A stretch of DNA of 32,000 bases from Sphaerochaeta halotolerans (GTDB taxonomy: Bacteria > Spirochaetota > Spirochaetia > Sphaerochaetales > Sphaerochaetaceae). Under the pieces are notes generated by a model. The model saw only the letters and a program-made list of their open reading frames with translations, did no database searches and was not told the DNA's origin. The position numbers were made by a program, and so were the translations under genes. Below, piece after piece: positions 18,584 through 26,410 of the stretch; positions within the stretch are counted from its first letter, which is position 1; each line of letters starts with the position of its first letter. Where the stretch lies: the NCBI RefSeq assembly GCF_003429665.1, contig NZ_QUWK01000002.1, forward strand, positions 168,990 through 200,989, written 5' to 3'.

Positions 18584-20362
18584 ATGACAGAACAGGAAAT
18601 AATAGAACTCCTCAACCAACACGAATGGAAAGATGTTGAATTCAAAGAAGCAAAGACAGCTGTTCCCAAGAATGCTTACGAAACGGTATCTGCCTTTGCA
18701 AACACAGAAGGAGGGTATCTCGTTTTTGGTGTAAAAAAGAATGGTTCTGAGTATGAGCTTGTTGGGGTAAAAGATGTTGATAAAGTTCAAAATGACTTCA
18801 TTACAACGCTAAGACAAAAGAACAAAATTAGTTGCATCATTGAAGTTACAGAGACTATAAAAACTGTGGATGGAAGAGATCTAATTGTATTCTATATCTC
18901 AGAAGTTAACCGACACAAGAAACCTGTATATTTGGATGGAAATATCAAAAGAAGTTATATTCGGAAGGGTGCATGTGATGTCAAATGTTCTGATGTAGAA
19001 TTAAAGCGACTCCTTAATGATGCCTCTACCGACCGCTATGACGGCACTACAATAGACCACTTTGACATAACCAAGTGTTTTAGCAGTAAAGATATTACAT
19101 GGTATCGACGCCAGTATGAAGGAAGGATTGGAAATCGTAGCTATGCAGAATTAGACGATGAAGAGTTTCTCTTTCAGTTCGGATTGATCAAAGAAACTCC
19201 ATCTGGGAGAAAGCCTACCATTGCTTCTATTTTGCTGTTTGGTCAGGATGGCTACCTAAGAGATGTACTTCCACGACCTGTCATAGATTGTCAGCGTTTT
19301 CTATATAACTCAACTTCAACAGATGAAGGAAGATGGCATGATAGAGTTGTCTGTGATTATAATCTCATTCAAACATGGACATCGGTATTGGAATGGTACT
19401 ATCGATTTGCAGAAATCCCTTTCACAGTAGATCCAATGACAATGCAGCGAAAAGACCAACCAGTAGATTTTATTGCATTCAGAGAATCCATCGTAAATAT
19501 TTTAATCCATCAAGACTATTCGGATCAAACTCGAAAACCTGTTATACAACACTTTACGGATCTAACTCGATTTTGGAATCCTGGGGATGCATTTGCTTCT
19601 GTCGAAGAATTGCTTGAACCGGGAGAGAAAGAAGTTAGGAACCCACTCATTGTTACAGCCTTTCGGAGAATTGGTTTTAGCGAGAATGCTGGGTGGGGAT
19701 TGCGTGATGTATGTATCTCTTGGCGAAAATTAGGTCGAATGCCTCCTGTAATTATCAATGATAAGGAAAAAAAGGCATTTGAACTTAATCTTAAGCAGGA
19801 GATACTTCTTTCCGAAGATCAAATAGCATTTCAAAAGACAATTGGTGTGCAACTTTCGCAAGATGAAGCAGAAGTATTTGCTTATGCATGTAAAAACCTT
19901 TCAATATTTTCTATACATGAGATTAAGACGGTTATTAATAAACCTGTGTCTACATGCGTTGAATTAGCGGGGCATCTGGTAGATCAACAGTTATTGGTTA
20001 GTAATTCAGATAAATCATTCAGCCTAGCTCCAAAGATGAAACAAAGGTTTCTCGCTACACTTAATTCCAAGGCCCATGACGAGGCCCATGACGAGGCCCA
20101 TGATGAGACCCATGACGAACTAAACGAAACTGAAACAATAATCCTTAAGAGTTGTATATCTGCATCCAGTTCAGAAGAGTTGTTGAAAGTTTTAGGATAT
20201 AAAAGCAGAACTGGAAATTTTAAGTCAGCCTTAGGTAATCTCCTAAGATTACACTTAATAAAAATGACAATTCCTGAAAGTCCGAGGAGTAAATCACAGA
20301 AGTATGTTCTTTCTGAGAAAGGGTTTGATTTATTAAAAAAATTGGAGAAATTCAGTGATTAG
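18584..20362 (+). CDS. AlbA_2 (Schlafen-like) + HATPase_c_4 + wHTH protein (RecG-like putative DNA-binding/ATP-binding regulator)
   Basis: 592-aa ORF. The N-terminus EWKDVEFKEAK....VSAFANTEGGYLVFGV is an AlbA_2 domain. The middle ESIVNILIHQDYS...RNPLIVTAFRRIGFSENAGWGL resembles HATPase_c_4. The C-terminal LGYKSRTGNFKSALGNLL...SKSQKYVLSEKG tail is typical of this family. GAAGGAG RBS. Confidence 0.8.
   Translation: MTEQEIIELLNQHEWKDVEFKEAKTAVPKNAYETVSAFANTEGGYLVFGVKKNGSEYELVGVKDVDKVQNDFITTLRQKNKISCIIEVTETIKTVDGRDLIVFYISEVNRHKKPVYLDGNIKRSYIRKGACDVKCSDVELKRLLNDASTDRYDGTTIDHFDITKCFSSKDITWYRRQYEGRIGNRSYAELDDEEFLFQFGLIKETPSGRKPTIASILLFGQDGYLRDVLPRPVIDCQRFLYNSTSTDEGRWHDRVVCDYNLIQTWTSVLEWYYRFAEIPFTVDPMTMQRKDQPVDFIAFRESIVNILIHQDYSDQTRKPVIQHFTDLTRFWNPGDAFASVEELLEPGEKEVRNPLIVTAFRRIGFSENAGWGLRDVCISWRKLGRMPPVIINDKEKKAFELNLKQEILLSEDQIAFQKTIGVQLSQDEAEVFAYACKNLSIFSIHEIKTVINKPVSTCVELAGHLVDQQLLVSNSDKSFSLAPKMKQRFLATLNSKAHDEAHDEAHDETHDELNETETIILKSCISASSSEELLKVLGYKSRTGNFKSALGNLLRLHLIKMTIPESPRSKSQKYVLSEKGFDLLKKLEKFSD
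20072..20119 (+). repeat. 12-bp in-frame tandem repeat x4 encoding (A/T)HDE
   Basis: GCCCATGACGAG, GCCCATGACGAG, GCCCATGATGAG, ACCCATGACGAA occur back to back. They translate to AHDEAHDEAHDETHDE inside the 592-aa ORF. Confidence 0.95.
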
Positions 20363-20478
20363 TTTAATTCAAACTATCAAGCAAAGTAAAGAATTGGATC
20401 TATACCTCACATATTTTCTCAATGGACAAGTTTGCGCCCGTCCAAATGCTTCTTTAATAATTACAAGCCGGAGGATGG

Positions 20479-23349
20479 ATGAATAATTGGAAATTTAGCA
20501 CACACTATTCATCCATATGTATGGTCTTAGATGAACAATATCTTTGGGGCCAAATAATCTGTCGCATTTGGCTACCATCACAACATGCAATTGTACGTGT
20601 ATCGGAGGCAGATCTAAAACCTCTACATTCAGAGAGAATCAGTAAAACTGAAGAGTTTAGAATCTCATATATTGCTACAGCAGCAAAAATAGCAGAACTA
20701 TTAGAGAATACCTCTGAGGATAATGACAGCACAGTTTTATTAGCTCCTATGGAATCAAATGTAATTCCTCTTCCCCATCAGCTTCATGCTTTGTCACGAG
20801 CTATTTCAGGTGATAGAGTACGGTACCTTCTTGCTGATGAAGTCGGCCTTGGTAAAACTATTGAAGCTGGACTAATTATGCAGGAGCTTAAGCTTCGTGG
20901 TTTGGTACGGCGAACACTAGTTGTTGCTCCTAAAAGCCTGGCTATGCAGTGGGTAGCAGAAATGGAAACCCACTTCAATGAGAATTTCGCATTGATAAAT
21001 CCAGGAGATCTTGATGCTCTGGAACGACTAGAATGCTCAACCTCCTATATCGACGGAGCAGAGAGCTCTTCAGATTATAACCCCTGGTTGAAATTCAATC
21101 ATGCGGTCGTAACATTGGATGCAGTCAAACCAGTGAGGCGTCGAAAAGGCTGGTCTGAAGAAAAAGTTCATCAGTACAATAAAAACAGATATGAAAGACT
21201 GCTCCAAGGCCAATGGGATCTTATTATTGTTGATGAGTCTCACCGTATTGGAGGTAGTACTGATCAGGTCTCCCGTTACAAACTTGGCCAGGGATTAGCA
21301 GAAGCAGCCACTTATCTTTTGCTCCTTTCAGCAACTCCTCATCAAGGGAAGTCGGATGCCTTCCACCGGTTAATCAGTCTGCTTGATCCAATGTCTTTTC
21401 CCGATCAAGAAAGTGTTACCCGAGAGAAAGTCTCTGAGTTCGTTATCAGAACAGAGAAGAGAAAAGCGCTGACCGCTGAAGGTGAACCTCTATTCAAACC
21501 TCGAACAACACAGACAATGGGAATCGATCTGAGTAGAAACCCCTCCCAAGTTGCTTTATATGAGGCTGTCACTGATTATGTTCGATTAGGCTATAATCGT
21601 GCAATCAAAGACAAGAAGCCTCATATAGGCTTTCTTATGGTGTTACTGCAGCGAATTGTTACCTCGAGTTCCCATGCCATCAGGACAACTCTGGAAAGAC
21701 GTTTGAATGTGCTTGAGAATCTTAAATCTTCTCTCCATATTCCTACTTCTGATGAGTTAGAGGAACTAGTAGATCTCGATGGTCAGATGCAATTGGATTT
21801 CTTAATAGAGGTAGATGAAAAGGGCAGACATAATGAGATAGAAGAAGTTTCTTTCTTGCTTGGTCTGGCAAAAAAGGCTGAGCAAACGGGACCCGATATC
21901 AAGACAGATATCCTCATGGACCAGATATTCAGACTTCAAGGAGAAGAGAATAACGATCAATTGAAAATTATCATCTTTACGGAGTTTGTTGCTACCCAAT
22001 CCATGCTGCAAACTTTTCTTGAAGAGAGGAATTTTCCGTGTTCAATCATCAATGGCTCCATGAGTATGGAGGAACGAAGAAAAGCTCAAAGAGATTTTAG
22101 AGAAAAGAATAGGATACTCATTGCCACTGATGCGGGAGGAGAAGGTCTAAACCTGCAGTTTTGCCATGTAGTTATCAATTATGACCTACCCTGGAATCCT
22201 ATGCGTATAGAACAGAGAATCGGCAGGGTAGATCGTATCGGACAGTCGAAGATCGTAAGAGCTATTAATTTCGTGTATGAAGACTCTGTGGAAAGTAGGG
22301 TTCGTGAAGTTTTAGAGAGGAAATTATCGATCATCTTTGATGAAATGGGGATCGACAAATCCAATGATATCCTTGATACATCTCTTTCTGGTGAGCTGGT
22401 AGAGAAGATGATGACTCACATCATCATGGAAGAGGCTGACCCTGAAAAAGAAATAGAGCGGACTGTGAGAACAATCCAATTTGATTTGGCACAGGAACGC
22501 AATAAATGTGCTGTGTACAAGATATCAGAAGACCCCGAACCAGCTGCTGCTGTGAAGGTCAAGAATCATCCACTTCCCTTCTGGGTGGAACGAATGGTGA
22601 TCAATTACGTAAAAATGAATGAACTGTCCGTAGAGAAAGATCTACTGGGCTGGAACTTCGTATGGCCGGATGGCGAAAAAGTATCTGGTGCAATATTTCA
22701 CTCTCCTGATTCCACCTCAGATTCATTGAGATTGTCTTTGGAAAACCCAAAGGTCCGTGGTCTTATTCTCAACCTGCCACAACTGTTCTCTGGTCAGCCA
22801 GTACCATTAGTAGCGTTAGAAGGAGTTCCAGAAACAGTTAATGGCTATTGGGGACTATTTGAGATTACACTCACCATTCACAGTAACGAAACCAATCAAA
22901 TACGACTTCCCGCAAAAAGGAAAGGGTATCAATGCGTGTTTGTCAGCAACAAGGGTAAACTATTCATACCTACTGCAAGATTCATCTGGGATCAGTTATT
23001 AACACTGGAACCTCAGATACTTCGAATGCTATCACCAGAGGAGTCTGTTCATTGCTTTGAAACCCTTTATGAAGCAGCTGCAACTGCTGGAGAGGAGCTT
23101 TTTAACCAGCTTAAGAATTCTCATGAAAAAGCAATTGAGAGAGAAAATCAGCGAGGAATGACAGCTTTTACTTTTCGGAGAAGATCGATACATAAAGTAG
23201 GTTTACCGGAAGTGAGAAATTACCGATTGCATAGACTGGAAGAAGATAAGCTTCAATGGCAGAGGGAACTAAAAAGCGCTGCCCAAGTGATCCCTGATAT
23301 TCGTCCTTTATTAATCTTTTCTATTGGGGAGGTTCCTGGAGATGAGTAG
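20479..23349 (+). CDS. brxHII: BREX type 3 helicase BrxHII (SNF2/RapA-like, COG0553-type)
   Basis: 956-aa ORF with helicase motif I LLADEVGLGKT, motif II LIIVDESHR, motif III LLLSATP, and C-terminal motifs ATDAGGEGLNLQ and QRIGRVDRIGQ. GGAGGA RBS. It sits upstream of pglZ with an 8-nt overlap. Confidence 0.85.
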   Translation: MNNWKFSTHYSSICMVLDEQYLWGQIICRIWLPSQHAIVRVSEADLKPLHSERISKTEEFRISYIATAAKIAELLENTSEDNDSTVLLAPMESNVIPLPHQLHALSRAISGDRVRYLLADEVGLGKTIEAGLIMQELKLRGLVRRTLVVAPKSLAMQWVAEMETHFNENFALINPGDLDALERLECSTSYIDGAESSSDYNPWLKFNHAVVTLDAVKPVRRRKGWSEEKVHQYNKNRYERLLQGQWDLIIVDESHRIGGSTDQVSRYKLGQGLAEAATYLLLLSATPHQGKSDAFHRLISLLDPMSFPDQESVTREKVSEFVIRTEKRKALTAEGEPLFKPRTTQTMGIDLSRNPSQVALYEAVTDYVRLGYNRAIKDKKPHIGFLMVLLQRIVTSSSHAIRTTLERRLNVLENLKSSLHIPTSDELEELVDLDGQMQLDFLIEVDEKGRHNEIEEVSFLLGLAKKAEQTGPDIKTDILMDQIFRLQGEENNDQLKIIIFTEFVATQSMLQTFLEERNFPCSIINGSMSMEERRKAQRDFREKNRILIATDAGGEGLNLQFCHVVINYDLPWNPMRIEQRIGRVDRIGQSKIVRAINFVYEDSVESRVREVLERKLSIIFDEMGIDKSNDILDTSLSGELVEKMMTHIIMEEADPEKEIERTVRTIQFDLAQERNKCAVYKISEDPEPAAAVKVKNHPLPFWVERMVINYVKMNELSVEKDLLGWNFVWPDGEKVSGAIFHSPDSTSDSLRLSLENPKVRGLILNLPQLFSGQPVPLVALEGVPETVNGYWGLFEITLTIHSNETNQIRLPAKRKGYQCVFVSNKGKLFIPTARFIWDQLLTLEPQILRMLSPEESVHCFETLYEAAATAGEELFNQLKNSHEKAIERENQRGMTAFTFRRRSIHKVGLPEVRNYRLHRLEEDKLQWQRELKSAAQVIPDIRPLLIFSIGEVPGDE

Positions 23350-25339
23350 CTGGAGAGATAATATCCTAAAGGAGTTCATTCCAAATATTTCTAAACTCAC
23401 ATTAGTAGCAGACCCAGATAGTCTACTATCAGAAGAAAAACTCTCGTCTGAGTTGCGAAAAAGAGGCTTTGATCTTATAGAATTCGATGATTCCATAGAA
23501 TTCCGCTATGCCTATGAATCTAAATATCGATCTATCTGGGATCAAGGATTACATACAGACTTGGTTGTTATCTTGAGAGTTCAGAACTCAGAGCTATCAA
23601 ATCTCCCTTATGATTTGCTTCAAGCAGGAAGAATTCTCTCTTTCAGTTTGGGAGCTATCTTCCCAAACTTCAGTTATCCAATTCTGGATTGTTTGGAACA
23701 GCATGTATTTGATGCTCTATTCAGAGCTCAAGAAGACACCTCCCCTGGGATTATGGGGGATAATGGCACTAAGGATTTCATACTGCGACATATATACAGT
23801 ATTGCTCCTGAACTGATTAATACCGAAGTAGATCTTCTCCGATCACTACTAAGATTGCATTACGGTACAATAGAAATTCCAGAACCATTAGCTGATCGAT
23901 TAGTCTCCCTCCTCCAGAATAATGTAACGTTCAAAGAATGGCCACTTGAAAGCATTGTCAAAGATTCCAAAGTTTTCTATGCCTTCATCCAGGAGCGATG
24001 GTCAATTTTCTTGGACAGCTACGATCAAGTCGAGCAGGTTATGGATTCGCCTTCCCCTTACGGGTTGCAGGTTTCAGGGCCTGCCCTTCTTCCTTTTGAA
24101 CACCAGGATATCAGAATTTATATCGACAATCTGTTCGTTGAAGGAAAGCTATCGCCTGTTGAATATTCAAAACACAGTGTTCCAGCCAATTCCTGGATGT
24201 CCTGTGGGATAAAGACCGCTTCAGGTGATACAGAAGCTATACGAATAAATCGCCTATTTTCTATCGTAACTTCAAATTTGCCGAATGCCCAATCTCGTTA
24301 CAATGAATGGCTGTCAATTGCCCTGCAATGGGGAGAACTCTCAGTATTAATTCATAACAACTCTGACGTAACGCTTCTTGAAAGATTTACATCACTGCAG
24401 ACCGAGATTAATGGTATTTTTGCTGGATGGTTAACTGAATACTATGCAAGTCTTATAAATCTACCACCATCCACCCCTGTGATGGTTCATCATATTCCTC
24501 GGTTTCTCTCAAGGCAACTAGAAAGTAGTGATACGAAGAAAATAGCCTTATTAGTAATCGATGGTATGGCGTTTGATCAATGGATAACAGTAAAACACTC
24601 ACTACAATCACAGGATCCAACACTGCTCTTCCGTGACTCGGCTGTTTTTGCTTGGATACCAACATTGACCTCTGTCTCAAGACAAGCAATCTTTGCCGGG
24701 AAACCACCCATATATTTCCCTAATTCAATATACAGTACAAACAGTGAAGAGAAATTATGGAAGCAATTCTGGCAAAGTCAGGGACTTCAGAAACAAGAGA
24801 TTGCCTATAGAAGAAGTTTGGGTGATGAAAATATTGAAGACTGCCTAGAGGCCGTCATCAACCCGTATAAAACAACTGTTGCAGGTATGGTCATAGATAC
24901 AGTTGATAAGATCATGCATGGTATGCAACTTGGGGCTCCCGGCATGCATAACCAGATTGCACAATGGTGTAAAACGGGATATTTGAAGAAAACCTTAGAC
25001 TACCTTGATGAGCTCGGCTATGAGGTATGGCTGACTTCTGATCACGGTAATATTGAAGCTGTTGGGACCGGAAGAATTGCCGAAGGCTCATTGGTAGATA
25101 GTCGAGGTGAGAGGGTCAGGATATATCCTAATGTAGAATTAAGAAACCAAATTGCAGCTTCTTCAGTAGGCACTCGACTTTGGGCCCCTATAGGCTTGCC
25201 AGAAGATTTCTTTCCATTACTTGCAGATAATAACACTGCTTTCATCAAAGAAGGTGCAACTACAGTTGCCCATGGAGGGATCTCCATAGAAGAAGTCATT
25301 GTTCCACTTATTAAAATTGAAAGGATACCCCATAGATGA
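23342..25339 (+). CDS. pglZ: BREX alkaline-phosphatase-superfamily protein PglZ
   Basis: PglZ-domain landmarks: LLVIDGMAFDQW, PTLTSVSRQAIFAG, LTSDHGN. I prefer the ATG at 23342, which has GGGGAGG about 10 nt upstream and overlaps the brxHII stop. The track ORF starts in the same frame at 23324. Confidence 0.85.
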   Translation: MSSWRDNILKEFIPNISKLTLVADPDSLLSEEKLSSELRKRGFDLIEFDDSIEFRYAYESKYRSIWDQGLHTDLVVILRVQNSELSNLPYDLLQAGRILSFSLGAIFPNFSYPILDCLEQHVFDALFRAQEDTSPGIMGDNGTKDFILRHIYSIAPELINTEVDLLRSLLRLHYGTIEIPEPLADRLVSLLQNNVTFKEWPLESIVKDSKVFYAFIQERWSIFLDSYDQVEQVMDSPSPYGLQVSGPALLPFEHQDIRIYIDNLFVEGKLSPVEYSKHSVPANSWMSCGIKTASGDTEAIRINRLFSIVTSNLPNAQSRYNEWLSIALQWGELSVLIHNNSDVTLLERFTSLQTEINGIFAGWLTEYYASLINLPPSTPVMVHHIPRFLSRQLESSDTKKIALLVIDGMAFDQWITVKHSLQSQDPTLLFRDSAVFAWIPTLTSVSRQAIFAGKPPIYFPNSIYSTNSEEKLWKQFWQSQGLQKQEIAYRRSLGDENIEDCLEAVINPYKTTVAGMVIDTVDKIMHGMQLGAPGMHNQIAQWCKTGYLKKTLDYLDELGYEVWLTSDHGNIEAVGTGRIAEGSLVDSRGERVRIYPNVELRNQIAASSVGTRLWAPIGLPEDFFPLLADNNTAFIKEGATTVAHGGISIEEVIVPLIKIERIPHR

Positions 25340-26091
25340 ACAACAGGTATAACAAATTAGGTATTAAACAAACCATCCAGAAACACTGGATGGACTACAC
25401 ACTAAATATGCTGCTTGCAGGCTTGTCAGAAAAGGAGATTCGTTCAGAACTGGATACCTATCTATCAACCCAGAAACAAAGCGGTGGCATCGGAGAACGT
25501 GGTCAAAAAACCTATGGGATGGCAATCAGTATTCTATCATCCTGGATCTCTCCAGAGAAAGAATTGATTCCTTTCCGGGATAAAGCATTGAACTTGGCAA
25601 AAGTTATTCCTGATAGTGAATGGCTCCCTCTTCATTGGGCTGTGATTTCAGCTTCTTATCCTTTCTGGTTCAATACTGCAAAACAGACTGGTAGACTTTT
25701 TAATCTTCAGGAGAAAATAACCAAAGCTCAGGTTTTCAATAGATTAAAAGAATGTTATGGAGACAGGGAAACCGTTTCAAGAAATGCTCGTTATACTGTA
25801 CGATCTTTTGTTGCTTGGGGAATTTTACAAGACACTGAAACCAAGGGAGTCTATACCAAAGCAAACCCCTTCATGATCGATAATCCTCAACAAGCGATAC
25901 TGCTATTTGAAGCATACTTGCATACCCTTCCGGAAGCAAAAGCTGAATTAGGTTCGATCATCCATAACCCCGGATTCTTTCCCTTCCAAATGCAAAGCAT
26001 GACAGGTGAGTACATTGCACAGAACAGTGATTTTTTGGAGGTTTCGAGATACAGCCTAGATAACGAGATTCTCAAGTTGAAGAACAATTAA
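25336..26091 (+). CDS. brxA: Probable BrxA (DUF1819-like) terminal gene of type 3 BREX
   Basis: 251-aa ORF with a 4-nt overlap with pglZ. It is helical, with a BrxA-like N-terminal pattern (LLAGLSEKEIRSEL..YL). The call rests mainly on its position as the last gene in the canonical type 3 order. Confidence 0.55.
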   Translation: MNNRYNKLGIKQTIQKHWMDYTLNMLLAGLSEKEIRSELDTYLSTQKQSGGIGERGQKTYGMAISILSSWISPEKELIPFRDKALNLAKVIPDSEWLPLHWAVISASYPFWFNTAKQTGRLFNLQEKITKAQVFNRLKECYGDRETVSRNARYTVRSFVAWGILQDTETKGVYTKANPFMIDNPQQAILLFEAYLHTLPEAKAELGSIIHNPGFFPFQMQSMTGEYIAQNSDFLEVSRYSLDNEILKLKNN

Positions 26092-26171
26092 AAGCAACTT
26101 AGCAAATTGCGATCTTGGGTATACGTGATCAATTGTACTCTACATGAGGAATTTGTTTGTTTCTTCATAAC

Positions 26172-26410
26172 CACGATGTCCTACCGTATTTCATGGCAAC
26201 CATGGGTACCAGATTTACCATGAAGAGGCCCATGATACAATCCAACTAACAGAGAGAAATCATCTTTGTTATATTTTCACCCCTATCCTTGCAAACTCCT
26301 TTGTATGGTCTATCATGAAAAAGGTACACCAATGAGGAGGGATCATTTTTCATGCAGGATACACCCCGTTGCATCGGTATATTCACCGCAGGTTTGGACG
26401 ATGAATATCA
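26172..26410. repeat. Right copy of the ~230-bp imperfect direct repeat bounding the BREX island
   Basis: Homologous to 9239-9470. It carries the promoter-like element, the RBS and the first ~20 codons of the intact kinase gene. Confidence 0.8.
26289..26316 (+). promoter_or_regulatory. Candidate promoter of the sensor kinase operon
   Basis: TTGCAA (26289-26294), a 16-nt spacer, then TATCAT (26311-26316), 35 nt upstream of the ATG. The same element is conserved at 9348-9375. Confidence 0.4.
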
